Source: Flavobacteriaceae bacterium (GTDB lineage: Bacteria; Bacteroidota; Bacteroidia; Flavobacteriales; Flavobacteriaceae). Taken from it: a stretch of 64,000 nucleotides of DNA. Below the pieces are notes generated by a model, which ran no database searches, was not told where the DNA came from, and saw only the letters and a list, made by a program, of their open reading frames with translations. Shown here one piece after another: positions 9,476 to 20,178 of the stretch. How positions within the stretch are numbered: position 1 is the first letter of the stretch; every line of letters begins with the position of its first letter. The DNA lies in assembly GCA_021648265.1 (NCBI GenBank), contig JAKITD010000005.1, positions 740-64,739 on the forward strand, read 5' to 3'. The translations under genes were made by a program, and so were the position numbers.

Positions 9476-11077
9476 TTAACCCGCTATTGGAGCTCCTGCT
9501 AAAATTTCTTCATTCGCATTGTCCTCGTATTTTTTAAAGTTCTTTTTAAAAGAGGTTGCTAATTCTAACGCTTTTGCATCATAAGCTTCTTTGTTGTCCC
9601 AAGTTGTTCTAGGATTTAGTACTTCAGATGGAACTTCATCACAAGTCTGAGGAATGTTCAGTCCGAAAATTACATGTTGCTTATATTCAACAGTATCTAA
9701 TTTCCCTTCCAAAGCTGCGGTGATCATAGCACGCGTATATTTCAGCTTCATTCTACTACCAATTCCGTAGGGACCTCCAGTCCAACCAGTATTTACCAAC
9801 CATACATTTACATTGGCATTTTTCATTTTTTCACTTAGCATTTCCGCATATTTTGTAGGATGCAAAGGCATAAATGGCGCTCCAAAGCAAGCTGAAAAAT
9901 TTGGTAATGGTTCGTTTATCCCTGCTTCTGTTCCTGCAACTTTTGCTGTATATCCACTAATAAAATGATAGGCAGCTTGCCCTGGCGTTAATTTAGAAAT
10001 GGGAGGAAGCACACCAAATGCATCAGCTGTTAAAAAGAAAATGTTTTTAGGATTCTTCCCAATTGAAGGTACTTGAATATTGTCAATATGATAAATAGGA
10101 TAACTAACTCTTGTGTTTTGTGTAATGGAAACGTCTTCAAAATCTACTTCACCGTTCTTATCCATAATTACATTTTCCAAAATTGCTCCAGACTTAATAG
10201 CTTTATAAATGTCAGGTTCTTTTTCAGCAGAAAGGTCTATTACTTTTGCGTAACATCCTCCTTCAAAATTGAAAATGGTGTTTTCAGAAGTCCAGCCATG
10301 TTCATCATCCCCAATCAATTTTCTTTTTGGATCTGCAGAAAGTGTTGTTTTTCCTGTTCCAGAAAGTCCGAAGAAAATAGCAGTTTCTCCATTTTCACCA
10401 ACATTAGCTGAACAATGCATTGGCATCGTGTTTTTAAATACCGGTAAAATAAAGTTTAATGCAGAAAAGATTCCTTTTTTTATTTCACCAGTATAACCGG
10501 TTCCACCAATTAAGGCAATTTTTCGTTCAAAATTTAAGATAGCAAAATTATGTTGGCGAGTTCCGTCTTCTTCAGGGTTTGCCATAAAACTTGGTGCATT
10601 TACGATTAACCATTCAGGATCAAAATTCTCTAATTCTGCTTCCGATGGTCGTAAAAACATATTATAAGCAAACATATTCATCCAAGGTTGTTCATTAATA
10701 ACACGGATGTTTAACTTATAATTTTCATCTGCACAAGCAAAACTATCCCGCACATATAATTCTTTTTCCGAAAGAAAATCAACTACCTTATTATATAAGG
10801 CATCAAATTTTTCTGGTGAAAAAGGGATATTAATATCGCCCCACCATACTTTATCTTTTGTTACTTCGTCTTTTACAATAAAACGATCTAAAGGCGATCT
10901 GCCGGTAAACTCTCCAGTATCAACAGCAAGCGCACCGCTATTAGCGACTTTACCTAATCCTTTTGATATTGTTTCGTTGTGTAATTCTTGTGAAGTAAGT
11001 TGGTAGTTAACTTTCGCATTTTTAATCCCATAACTATCTAATGAAATCATATTTGCAGTTTGGTTTTTGTTTACCAT
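9476..11077 (-). CDS. pckA: Phosphoenolpyruvate carboxykinase (ATP)
   Basis: GLSGTGKTTLS, IGDDEHGW, NFEGGCYAK motifs. Confidence 0.97.
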   Translation of the reverse strand: MVNKNQTANMISLDSYGIKNAKVNYQLTSQELHNETISKGLGKVANSGALAVDTGEFTGRSPLDRFIVKDEVTKDKVWWGDINIPFSPEKFDALYNKVVDFLSEKELYVRDSFACADENYKLNIRVINEQPWMNMFAYNMFLRPSEAELENFDPEWLIVNAPSFMANPEEDGTRQHNFAILNFERKIALIGGTGYTGEIKKGIFSALNFILPVFKNTMPMHCSANVGENGETAIFFGLSGTGKTTLSADPKRKLIGDDEHGWTSENTIFNFEGGCYAKVIDLSAEKEPDIYKAIKSGAILENVIMDKNGEVDFEDVSITQNTRVSYPIYHIDNIQVPSIGKNPKNIFFLTADAFGVLPPISKLTPGQAAYHFISGYTAKVAGTEAGINEPLPNFSACFGAPFMPLHPTKYAEMLSEKMKNANVNVWLVNTGWTGGPYGIGSRMKLKYTRAMITAALEGKLDTVEYKQHVIFGLNIPQTCDEVPSEVLNPRTTWDNKEAYDAKALELATSFKKNFKKYEDNANEEILAGAPIAG

Positions 11078-11154
11078 AACTATTTTTTGTTGTTGTGGAA
11101 TACAAAATTAATAATTCTATTTATACTGACCATTTATTATTGAAACTTTTGCAT

Positions 11155-11544
11155 TTATTTATTCACAATTACTCCATAAGCCAACCTTAACCAACCCATA
11201 ATAAAAAACAAACCTCCAATTGGCGTAATAAATCCAATAGATTTTGCATCAAAAACGAATAATTCGTTTAATGAAAGTAAATAGATTGATCCTGAAAAAA
11301 AGATAATGCCAATCATAAAAAATAAAGCTACCCATTTTTGTGTTGTTGAAGGGATTACAGAAGCAAAACCAACAATCAATAGTGCAAAAACATGATACAT
11401 TTGATAACGGACTCCTGTTTCGAAAGTTGCTAATGATTTTGCATCAATCAATTCTTTTAAACCGTGTGCTCCAAAGGCTCCAATTGCAATAGTTATGGCT
11501 CCTAAAATGGATGCAGTCGCAATAATTTTTTTATTAAAATTCAT
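11155..11544 (-). CDS. DUF423 family membrane protein
   Basis: GAFGAHGL, TGVRYQMYH, ITPIGG. Confidence 0.9.
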   Translation of the reverse strand: MNFNKKIIATASILGAITIAIGAFGAHGLKELIDAKSLATFETGVRYQMYHVFALLIVGFASVIPSTTQKWVALFFMIGIIFFSGSIYLLSLNELFVFDAKSIGFITPIGGLFFIMGWLRLAYGVIVNK

Positions 11545-11615
11545 CTTTATAAAGTTTATTATTTAGTAAATTCGCTAAGTTTAATTTTGGTTACAAATCT
11601 ACGAAAACACTTCGA

Positions 11616-12983
11616 ATGAGAAACATATTAATTATAGGAGCAGGAAGATCAGCAACATGCTTAATCCGTTATTTATTAGATAAATCTTCCGAAGAAAATA
11701 TCTTTATTACCATTGGAGATATTTCTTTAGAATCAGCTCAAAAATTCACCAAAAACCATCCCAATGCTAAGGGGATTCTACTCGATGTTTTTAACAAAGA
11801 ACAACGCGAAGAAGCGGTAAAAAGCTGTGATTTGGTAATTTCGATGCTTCCGGCACGTTTTCATATTGAAGTAGCAAAAGACTGTATTACTTTCAACAAA
11901 AACTTAGTAACGGCATCTTACATTAGTGATGAAATGCTTGCGTTAGATTCTGAAGCAAAAGAAAAAGGCTTGGTTTTTATGAACGAAATTGGAGTGGATC
12001 CAGGAATCGACCATATGAGTGCAATGCAAGTAATTGATGGTATTCGTGATAAGGGTGGAAAACTTTTATTATTCGAATCTTTCACCGGTGGATTAATCGC
12101 TCCTGAAAGTGACGATAATCTTTGGAATTATAAATTTACTTGGAACCCAAGAAATGTTGTTTTAGCTGGACAAGGTGGTGCTGCCGAATTTTTACAAGAA
12201 GGCAAATACAAATACATACCTTATAATAGACTCTTTAGACGTACCGAATTTATTAAAATTGAAGGCTACGGAAAGTTTGAAGTATATGCCAACCGAAACT
12301 CTTTAAAATACCACGATGTGTATGGGTTTAAAGATATTCTAACTTTATATCGCGGAACTATAAGACGTGTAGGTTTTAGTAGAGCTTGGAATGTTTTTGT
12401 GCAATTAGGAATGACAGAAGATGGATACACTATTCCAGATTCTGAAAATTTAACTTATCGCCAATATGTAAATTTATTTTTACCTTATTCTCCAAACGAT
12501 TCTGTTAAATTGAAATTTAGACACAGTTTAAAAATTGATCAAGACGATTTAATTTGGGAAAAATTAGAAGAAATAGACATCTTCAATAAAACAAAAACAT
12601 TAGGAATTAAAAATGCTACTCCGGCACAAGCACTTCAGAAAATATTAATGGACAAATGGACCTTAGCTGAAGAAGACAAAGATATGATCGTAATGTATCA
12701 TAAATTTGGTTACGAGCTCAACGGAAAAAACTACCAAATAGATAGTAGTATGGTAACTATTGGTGAAAACCAAACCTATACGGCAATGGCAAAAACCGTT
12801 GGTCTCCCAGTCGCAATTGCTTCTTTAAAAATACTGAATAAAGAAATTACAACACCTGGTGTTTTACGTCCAATTGCTAAAGAAGTGTACGAACCTATTT
12901 TAAAAGAATTAGAAACTTTCGGAGTTTATTTTACCGAAGAAAAGAAAAAATATTTGGGGTATAATCCTGATGATTTGGGGTAA
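11616..12983 (+). CDS. Saccharopine dehydrogenase family protein
   Basis: IIGAGRS, NEIGVDPGIDHM, YKFTWNPRNV, AMAKTVGLP. Confidence 0.9.
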   Translation: MRNILIIGAGRSATCLIRYLLDKSSEENIFITIGDISLESAQKFTKNHPNAKGILLDVFNKEQREEAVKSCDLVISMLPARFHIEVAKDCITFNKNLVTASYISDEMLALDSEAKEKGLVFMNEIGVDPGIDHMSAMQVIDGIRDKGGKLLLFESFTGGLIAPESDDNLWNYKFTWNPRNVVLAGQGGAAEFLQEGKYKYIPYNRLFRRTEFIKIEGYGKFEVYANRNSLKYHDVYGFKDILTLYRGTIRRVGFSRAWNVFVQLGMTEDGYTIPDSENLTYRQYVNLFLPYSPNDSVKLKFRHSLKIDQDDLIWEKLEEIDIFNKTKTLGIKNATPAQALQKILMDKWTLAEEDKDMIVMYHKFGYELNGKNYQIDSSMVTIGENQTYTAMAKTVGLPVAIASLKILNKEITTPGVLRPIAKEVYEPILKELETFGVYFTEEKKKYLGYNPDDLG

Positions 12984-12986
12984 TAA

Positions 12987-13004
12987 TTCCTGCTAAGGCA
13001 GGAA
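12987..13004. repeat. Short GC-rich palindrome
   Basis: ttcctgc-taag-gcaggaa immediately after the stop codon. Confidence 0.5.
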
Positions 13005-13025
13005 CTATTCAATACAAAACTAAAA

Positions 13026-13060
13026 GCCTCTATCAAAAAATTAAACTCTGATAGAGGCTA
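13026..13060. terminator. Likely bidirectional terminator between convergent genes
   Basis: agcctctatca ... tgatagaggct. Confidence 0.7.
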
Positions 13061-13092
13061 TTAAATCATGATATTCCTGTCTTCACAGGAAT

Positions 13093-13791
13093 TTATCGTC
13101 TCCCCATAAACATACTAATAAAATAAAGTAAGGTCGCTAAAGATCCTAAAGCGGCAACTACATAAGTTCTTGCTGCCCATTTTAATGCGTCTTTTGCTCC
13201 TGCATGTTCTTCTTGTGTTACCATACGACTGCTTTCTAGCCAAGCCAAAGCTCTGTTACTTGCGTCAAATTCTACTGGTAAGGTTATAAATGTAAAAAGT
13301 GTGGTTACTCCAAAAAGTGCAATTCCAGCTAAAAATAACATATCTCCAAAAGCATTACCAGAATACATTAAAATCAACCCTCCCATTATCACAAAATTAG
13401 AAATCTTACTTGAAAACCCCACCGCTGGAACAATTGCCGATCGCAATGTTAACCAAGAATAAGCTTGTACGTGTTGTACCGCATGACCACATTCGTGAGC
13501 TGCAACCGCTGCCGCTGCCGCATTGCGTTGTGAATATACCGATTCACTTAAATTTACGGTTTTGTTTACTGGATTGTAATGATCGGTTAACTGTCCCTTT
13601 ACAGAAACAACTTTTACATCGTAAATTCCGTTATCGTTGAGCATTTTTTCGGCAATTTCTTGACCACTCATTCCGTTTTTTAACTGAATTTTTGAGTATT
13701 TTTTAAACTTGCTTTTTAGTCGGTTGCTAACAAACATACTCACTAAAAAGATGACTCCTGCTAATAAATAATATCCTCCCATAATTATCAC
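13093..13791 (-). CDS. Neutral zinc metallopeptidase family membrane protein (Zn_peptidase_2)
   Basis: LTDHYNP, AHECGHAVQH, LPVEFDASNRA. Confidence 0.9.
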   Translation of the reverse strand: MIIMGGYYLLAGVIFLVSMFVSNRLKSKFKKYSKIQLKNGMSGQEIAEKMLNDNGIYDVKVVSVKGQLTDHYNPVNKTVNLSESVYSQRNAAAAAVAAHECGHAVQHVQAYSWLTLRSAIVPAVGFSSKISNFVIMGGLILMYSGNAFGDMLFLAGIALFGVTTLFTFITLPVEFDASNRALAWLESSRMVTQEEHAGAKDALKWAARTYVVAALGSLATLLYFISMFMGRR

Positions 13792-13912
13792 CCTTATATA
13801 GGTGTGTGTTTTAATTAAAATAATATTAGACTATAAATATAGCAAATATTGCGCAAAATATTTGGTATTAGCAAACCTACTAGGTTTATTATACTTTAAC
13901 TAGCATACAGGC

Positions 13913-16900
13913 TTACCCAACAATATTTACAATCTTCCCAGGAACCACAATTACTTTTTTAGGAGTTCTTCCCTCTAAATAATGAATGGTTTTTTCATGC
14001 GACATTACGGCAGCTTCTATTTCATCTTTTGATAAATCTAAAGGTAATTCCATCGTAAAACGCATTTTTCCGTTGAACGAAATTGGATATTTCTTCATAC
14101 TTTCTACCAAGAATTTCTCTTCAAATTTTGGAAAAGCTGCTGTTGAAATACTTTCTGAATACCCTAATTTATTCCAAAGCTCTTCAGCAATATGAGGTGC
14201 ATAAGGAGACAGTAACACTAATAAAGGTTCTAACACTTCTTTTGAAGTACACTTTTGAGCAGTCAATTCATTTACCGCAATCATAAAGGTAGAAACCGAA
14301 GTATTAAAACTGAAATTCTCAATATCCTCTTGTACTTTCTTGATGGTTTTGTGTAGGGTTTTTAAACTGTCTTTTGAAGCAGGGTTTTCTGAAATATTGA
14401 AAGTATTCTCCTCACTTTCACTTCGGCTCACTTCGGCTCCGCTCAGTGTCCGCCGCTCAGTGTCCGTTACTGGAGTATGGAACAATCGCCACATCTTCTT
14501 TAAGAAAGAATGTACTCCTGTTATTCCTGCGGTACTCCAAGGTTTTGCTTGTTCTAAAGGGCCTAAAAACATCTCGTACATCCGTAAGGTATCGGCTCCG
14601 TATTGATTGCAAATATCATCTGGATTTACTACGTTGTATTTAGATTTGGACATTTTTTCCACCTCCCGAGACACTTTAAAAGTTCCGTCTTCTTCGGTAA
14701 TAAATTCAGCATCTTTAAATTCTGGTCGCCAGTTTTTAAAAGCTTCGATATCTAATTCATTTGAAGTATTTACAAATGAAACATCTGCATGAGTTCTATA
14801 AAAATTATACTTACTCCCAATTAATGCAAAATCTAATCTAACTTTATCTAAAACACCTTGTTCTTCTAATTCAACTTTCAAAATGCTCATGTATTTATTT
14901 TCAACTTCTCTTCTATATTTTTCACTCTCGTCATTCCCGTCATTCCTCTTCTTAAAATGTTCTATCAATTCTGCTGAAAAAAACTTATCTTCTATAATAA
15001 CATATTTATCCTGAAGTTTAGAAAGTCCTCTTTTTTCTTCTATAGTAAGAATACTTGAGGCACCAAACATCGAAATAGTTTTGGTTTTATGTTTAGGGTT
15101 TTGGTTTATGTCCCAAAAAGTAATATTAAAACCTAATCTATGAACAAAAGCACTCTCTCCCAAAATCATTCCTTGGTTGATGAGCTTTTTAAATGGCTCG
15201 TCCACACTTAAAAATCCTCTATCGTGTAAAAACTTCACCCAAAAACGGGAGTATAATAAATGTCCCGTTGCGTGTTCGCTTCCGCCGATATATAAATCGA
15301 CGTTTACCCAATAATCCATTGCTTCTTTCGAGGCAAATTCGTCATTGTTTAAAGCATCCATATAACGGAACATATACCAAGAACTTCCTGCCCAACCTGG
15401 CATCGTGTTTAGTTCTAAAGGGTAAATTCCGTTGTCTTCATAGCCTTCAATTTCACTTTTAGAAACCAATTTATTACTAACAATGGTGTTGATATTAGTG
15501 TCCCAAGCCCAATTATCGGCACGACCTAAAGGTGGCTCGCCTGTTTCAGTTGGTAAGTATTTTTCAATTTCAGGAAGACGAATTGGCAAATATTTTGCAT
15601 CTATCATTTGAGGCAATCCGTTTTTGTAATATACTGGAAAAGGTTCTCCCCAATAACGTTGTCTTGAGAAAACAGCATCTCGTAAACGGTAATTTATTTC
15701 TTTTTTACCTCGATGGTTTTTTTCTAAAGCTTCAATCACTTTATCTGAAGCATCTTTATAAGAATAACCACTAATAAAATCGCTATTGGCAATAATAGTT
15801 CCTTCTTTATCTGAATGCGCTGCTTCCGAAATATCAACACCTTCAAAAATATTTTTAATCGGAATATCAAAATGCTTCGCAAAATCGTAATCTCGTTGAT
15901 CACCACAAGGCACTGCCATAACCGCTCCTGTTCCGTAGCTAGCCAATACATAATCACCAATCCAAATGGGTACTAACTCCTTTGTTAACGGGTGCTTTGC
16001 ATAAGCCCCTGTAAAAACTCCGGTGATGTTTTTTACATCTGCAAGACGTTCTCTTTCACTCTTTTTTGCAGTTTCGGTGATATATTTTGCAACTTCAATT
16101 CGTTGTTCTATCGTAGTGATTTTATCAACCAATTCATTTTCTGGAGCGATGGTTAAAAAGGTCACTCCGTAAATAGTATCGGGTCTTGTGGTGAATGTTT
16201 TGATGGCAATTCCTTGAAATTCTTCTTTTTCATTTACCACTCTAAATTCTACGGAAGCTCCTACCGATTTTCCAATCCAATTTCGTTGTGTTTCTTTTAA
16301 AGATTCACTCCAATCTAGATTTTCCAACCCTTGTAATAACCGTTCCGCAAAAACAGAAATTCGCATACTCCATTGGATCATTTTCTTTTTAATAACTGGA
16401 AAACCACCTCTTTCTGAAACACCATTTACAATTTCGTCGTTAGCCAAAACGGTTCCTAATTGCGGACACCAATTTACTTCGGTTTCCGCTAAATAAGTCA
16501 GTCGATAATTAAGTAATACTTTTTGCTTTTTTTCTTCGGAAAAGCTATTCCACATTTCAGCAGAAAATTCAGGTTGATTATTTCCACACTTAGCGTTTAA
16601 ACCCATATTTCCTTCCTCTTCAAAAATATCGATCAATTCAGAAATTGGAAAAGATTGTTCTAAAACATTGCAATACCAGGATTCAAATAATTGAATAAAA
16701 ATCCATTGTGTCCATTTATAATAGGAAGGATCTGAAGTACGAACTTCACGGCTCCAATCAAACGAAAATCCTATTCTATCTAGCTGCTCCCGATATCTAG
16801 CAATATTTTCTTTAGTGGTTTTTGCTGGATGCTGTCCCGTTTGAATTGCATATTGTTCTGCTGGTAAACCAAAAGAGTCATAGCCTTGAGGATGCAAAAC

Positions 16901-17116
16901 ATTAAAACCTTGATGCCTTTTATAACGCGCATAAATATCACTAGCGATATATCCTAATGGATGCCCAACATGAAGTCCCGCTCCTGAAGGATAAGGAAAC
17001 ATATCCAGTACATAATACTTAGGTTTTTCGCTATTGTTTTCGGCTTTAAAAGTTTGGTTTTCTGCCCAATATTTTTGCCATTTGGCTTCGATATTGTTGA
17101 AGTGATAATTGCTCAT
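13913..17116 (-). CDS. leuS: Leucine--tRNA ligase carrying two insertions
   Basis: [23 protein letters not shown]; probable start [14 protein letters not shown] at 17116 (the TTG at 17206 overlaps a -7 box). Confidence 0.97.
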   Translation of the reverse strand: MSNYHFNNIEAKWQKYWAENQTFKAENNSEKPKYYVLDMFPYPSGAGLHVGHPLGYIASDIYARYKRHQGFNVLHPQGYDSFGLPAEQYAIQTGQHPAKTTKENIARYREQLDRIGFSFDWSREVRTSDPSYYKWTQWIFIQLFESWYCNVLEQSFPISELIDIFEEEGNMGLNAKCGNNQPEFSAEMWNSFSEEKKQKVLLNYRLTYLAETEVNWCPQLGTVLANDEIVNGVSERGGFPVIKKKMIQWSMRISVFAERLLQGLENLDWSESLKETQRNWIGKSVGASVEFRVVNEKEEFQGIAIKTFTTRPDTIYGVTFLTIAPENELVDKITTIEQRIEVAKYITETAKKSERERLADVKNITGVFTGAYAKHPLTKELVPIWIGDYVLASYGTGAVMAVPCGDQRDYDFAKHFDIPIKNIFEGVDISEAAHSDKEGTIIANSDFISGYSYKDASDKVIEALEKNHRGKKEINYRLRDAVFSRQRYWGEPFPVYYKNGLPQMIDAKYLPIRLPEIEKYLPTETGEPPLGRADNWAWDTNINTIVSNKLVSKSEIEGYEDNGIYPLELNTMPGWAGSSWYMFRYMDALNNDEFASKEAMDYWVNVDLYIGGSEHATGHLLYSRFWVKFLHDRGFLSVDEPFKKLINQGMILGESAFVHRLGFNITFWDINQNPKHKTKTISMFGASSILTIEEKRGLSKLQDKYVIIEDKFFSAELIEHFKKRNDGNDESEKYRREVENKYMSILKVELEEQGVLDKVRLDFALIGSKYNFYRTHADVSFVNTSNELDIEAFKNWRPEFKDAEFITEEDGTFKVSREVEKMSKSKYNVVNPDDICNQYGADTLRMYEMFLGPLEQAKPWSTAGITGVHSFLKKMWRLFHTPVTDTERRTLSGAEVSRSESEENTFNISENPASKDSLKTLHKTIKKVQEDIENFSFNTSVSTFMIAVNELTAQKCTSKEVLEPLLVLLSPYAPHIAEELWNKLGYSESISTAAFPKFEEKFLVESMKKYPISFNGKMRFTMELPLDLSKDEIEAAVMSHEKTIHYLEGRTPKKVIVVPGKIVNIVG
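14419..14465. repeat. CTTCGGCTCCGCTCAG-family repeat inserted in-frame in leuS, with micro-duplications
   Basis: cacttcggctc x2, cttcggctccgctcagtgtcc at 14431-14451, ccgctcagtgtcc repeated at 14453-14465. Confidence 0.8.
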
Positions 17117-17325
17117 ATTAATTGCGGGTTCGGGAATTTTTAGCATTAATTCAAATAATCGATTTCTTTTAAAATCTGAATTTTTATCGAAATAATTTGG
17201 CTGCAAATTTAAGAGTATTGTACGAAAGACAAAAGTTTATACGTTATTATTCAAAATACAAAAAGACAAGTAATCAAAGCTCAAAAATATTTGTATTTTT
17301 ACTTTTTCAGAACTAACAAAAATTT

Positions 17326-18204
17326 ATGGCTTCATCTTTTGATAAATACCAAAAACGCAGATTGATTTCTTCGTATTTTTCCGTAGTGATAAGTATTTCG
17401 TTGGTACTGTTTTTATTGGGATTATTAGGATTATTGGTGTTGAATTCTAAACGAGTTGCCGATTATTTTAAGGAGCAAATTTCGGTGACAATATTTCTAA
17501 AAAACGATGCAAAAGAAGTTGAAGTTACCCAATTAAAACAGAGTTTGGCCTTGGCAGAATACACAAAATCTGCCGATTATATTTCAAAAGAACAGGCCGC
17601 AGAAGAACACAGCGAAACAATTGGTGAAAATTTTATAGATTATTTGGGTTACAATCCACTTCAAAATAGTATTGATGTTCATATGGTTGCCGATTTTGTA
17701 ACTCCTGAATTGATAGATGCCATTACTACAGAAATTAAAAGCAAGGATTTTGTGGACGATGTAGTTTATGACAAACCCTTGATTGCAAAACTGACCGAAA
17801 ACGTACAAAAAATCAGTTTTTGGATTTTGGTAGTGAGTAGTGTTTTCTTGTTTATTGCAGTGCTTTTAATTAATAGTTCTATCCGACTTTCGGTGTATGC
17901 CAAACGATTTACCATAAAAACAATGCAAATGGTGGGTGCCACCAAAACTTTTATTCGCCGTCCTTTTATTTGGAGAAGTGTTCGATTGGGGATTTTAGGG
18001 TCGGTGATAGCAATGATTGGAATGGCAGTGGCTTTATATTATTTAGATAAATCTTTTGCCGAGTTACAGCTTATGGAAAGCAAGGTTTTAATTGCTGCTT
18101 TATTCGGGTTTATATTTTTAATCGGAATATTTATCACTTGGATTAGCACTTATTTTGCAACCCAACGTTTCTTGAATTTACGAACCGATGAATTGTATTA
18201 TTAA
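17326..18204 (+). CDS. ftsX: Cell division permease FtsX
   Basis: TM1, periplasmic domain, INSSIRLSVYAKRFTIKTMQMVGAT..FIRRPF. Confidence 0.9.
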   Translation: MASSFDKYQKRRLISSYFSVVISISLVLFLLGLLGLLVLNSKRVADYFKEQISVTIFLKNDAKEVEVTQLKQSLALAEYTKSADYISKEQAAEEHSETIGENFIDYLGYNPLQNSIDVHMVADFVTPELIDAITTEIKSKDFVDDVVYDKPLIAKLTENVQKISFWILVVSSVFLFIAVLLINSSIRLSVYAKRFTIKTMQMVGATKTFIRRPFIWRSVRLGILGSVIAMIGMAVALYYLDKSFAELQLMESKVLIAALFGFIFLIGIFITWISTYFATQRFLNLRTDELYY

Positions 18205-18312
18205 TATGAAAAAAGTTATCTTGCGCCTTCCAAAATTTTGGGTAGGAACTTCTGAACATATAACGCAATTAACTGTAAATGATAAGATTATATTTACTGA
18301 ATTTAATTAAAA

Positions 18313-18576
18313 ATGGGAGAACAAAAAAGAAAAGAAATTAAGAAAAGTGAAAATCAGTTTGTTTTTCGTCGGAAGAATTATCAATTTATGGTGATTGGTA
18401 TCGTTTTTATCGCTTTAGGTTTTATACTTATGGCTGGTGGCGGAAGCGATGATCCAAACGTTTTTAATCCTGAAATTTATAGCTGGAGAAGAATACGTTT
18501 AGCACCCACTTTTATCCTTATTGGTTTTGCTATTGAGATGTATGCTATTTTATTAAACCCCAACAAGGAATCTTAA
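18313..18576 (+). CDS. DUF3098 family membrane protein
   Basis: GFILMAGGGSDDPNVFNPEIYSWRRIRLAP. Confidence 0.85.
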   Translation: MGEQKRKEIKKSENQFVFRRKNYQFMVIGIVFIALGFILMAGGGSDDPNVFNPEIYSWRRIRLAPTFILIGFAIEMYAILLNPNKES

Positions 18577-19368
18577 ATGAATAGTTTAGATGCTATTATC
18601 CTTGGTATTATTCAAGGGTTTACTGAGTTTTTACCTGTTTCCTCAAGCGGACATTTAGAAATAGGAAAAGCAATTTTAGGCGATCATTCATTGCCTGAAG
18701 ACAGTATGCTTTTTACAGTAGTGCTTCATTTTGCAACTGCACTAAGTACTATCGTGGTTTTTAGAAAAGATATTTGGGAAATAATTAGAGGCTTATTAAG
18801 TTTTTCTTGGAATGAAGAAACTAAATTTTCAGTAAAAATTATTATTTCAATGATTCCTGCCGTAATTGTCGGGCTATTTTTTGAAGAAAAGTTAGAATCC
18901 TTTTTTGGAGGTAATATTGCTTTTGTAGGCTTTATGCTTTTGATTACGGCAGTATTACTTTGGCTTGCCGATCGTTCTAAAAACACAGGTAAAAAAGTGT
19001 CTAACAGCAACGCATTGGTTATTGGAATCTCTCAAGCAATTGCAATGCTCCCAGGAATCTCGAGAAGCGGCGCCACTATTTCCACTTCCGTTTTATTAGG
19101 AAACGATAAAAGTAAAGCCGCGCGTTTTTCGTTTTTAATGGTCGTTCCGTTAATCTTCGGTAAAATTGCGAAGGACCTTTTAAGCGGCGAATTGTTTTCT
19201 GAATCTATCAATTACACACCTCTAGGATTGGGCTTTATATCGGCATTTGTTTGCGGATTAATTGCTTGTACTTGGATGATTAGTTTGGTTAAAAAAAGCA
19301 AGCTTTCCTATTTTGCTATTTACTGTTTAGTGGTTGGATTGATTGCTATTGGTTTTAGTTTTTATTAA
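18577..19368 (+). CDS. uppP: Undecaprenyl-diphosphate phosphatase
   Basis: QGFTEFLPVSSSGH, PGISRSGAT. Confidence 0.95.
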   Translation: MNSLDAIILGIIQGFTEFLPVSSSGHLEIGKAILGDHSLPEDSMLFTVVLHFATALSTIVVFRKDIWEIIRGLLSFSWNEETKFSVKIIISMIPAVIVGLFFEEKLESFFGGNIAFVGFMLLITAVLLWLADRSKNTGKKVSNSNALVIGISQAIAMLPGISRSGATISTSVLLGNDKSKAARFSFLMVVPLIFGKIAKDLLSGELFSESINYTPLGLGFISAFVCGLIACTWMISLVKKSKLSYFAIYCLVVGLIAIGFSFY

Positions 19369-19384
19369 AATTATAAAGTTATTT

Positions 19385-19422
19385 CACAGAGTCGCACAGA
19401 GAAACACAAAGGTTCACAAAGA
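19385..19422 (+). repeat. Solo four-unit CACA(A/G)AG array
   Basis: cacagagtcg cacagagaaa cacaaaggtt cacaaaga; 10-bp period; same unit as the flanks of the GxxExxY gene. Confidence 0.75.
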
Positions 19423-19441
19423 ATCATTAAATTTCAATATT

Positions 19442-20134
19442 ATGAATACTCTTGAAGATTTTAAAGAAGGAAAAGTACTACTCATAGACAAGCCCCTTAA
19501 TTGGACTTCCTTTCAAGTGGTCAATAAGATTCGTTGGTTAATCAAACAACAATTCGGGATTAAAAAAATAAAAGTGGGTCATGCAGGAACTTTAGATCCT
19601 TTGGCTACAGGATTGTTAATTTTATGTACTGGAAAATTTACAAAAAAAATAGAAACCTACCAAGCACAAGTTAAAGAATACACCGGAACTATCACTTTAG
19701 GCGGCACCACACCTAGTTATGATTTAGAATCTGAAATAGATCAAACTTTTGATTTTTCTACTATTTCTAAAGAAGAAGTACAGAACACAACACAACAATT
19801 TATTGGTGAAATACAACAACAACCACCCATTTTTTCAGCATTAAAAAAAGACGGAAAACGATTGTATGAATACGCTCGTGCTGGTGAAAAAGTGGAAATT
19901 CCAACGAGAACCATAACTATTTCAGAATTTGAAATCACCAATATAAAATTACCAAATATTGAATTTAGAGTAGTTTGCAGCAAAGGCACTTACATTCGTT
20001 CGTTGGCTCACGATTTTGGAAAAGCTTTGAATAATGGCGCACATCTTTCTGTTTTACGCAGAACTAAAATTGGTGATTTTTCTGTGGCGGATGCTGTTGG
20101 GATTTCAGAGTTTGAGGAAAAACTACATAGTTAG
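19442..20134 (+). CDS. truB: tRNA pseudouridine(55) synthase
   Basis: DKPLNWTSF, GHAGTLDPLATG, CSKGTYIRSLA; start MNTLEDF at 19442. Confidence 0.95.
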   Translation: MNTLEDFKEGKVLLIDKPLNWTSFQVVNKIRWLIKQQFGIKKIKVGHAGTLDPLATGLLILCTGKFTKKIETYQAQVKEYTGTITLGGTTPSYDLESEIDQTFDFSTISKEEVQNTTQQFIGEIQQQPPIFSALKKDGKRLYEYARAGEKVEIPTRTITISEFEITNIKLPNIEFRVVCSKGTYIRSLAHDFGKALNNGAHLSVLRRTKIGDFSVADAVGISEFEEKLHS

Positions 20135-20178
20135 TTTATATTAAAATATCTAAATTTTTATTTTGCTACTTTTGAACT

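Noticed and set aside
14792-15130. Intein in LeuS
   Set aside because: No N-terminal Cys/Ser block, no C-terminal His-Asn followed by Cys/Ser/Thr, and no LAGLIDADG motif
17117-17206. Extended N-termini called for leuS, and likewise truB (19343), atpD (33227), frr (55538), cupredoxin (39166) and the methyltransferases (42889, 45146)
   Set aside because: The upstream TTG/GTG starts overlap promoter boxes, repeats or upstream genes; downstream ATGs match the family N-termini
19385-19422. CRISPR array (also considered for 42441-42898 and the 7014 family)
   Set aside because: Units are 7-16 bp, with no 23-47-bp repeats separated by unique spacers and no cas genes
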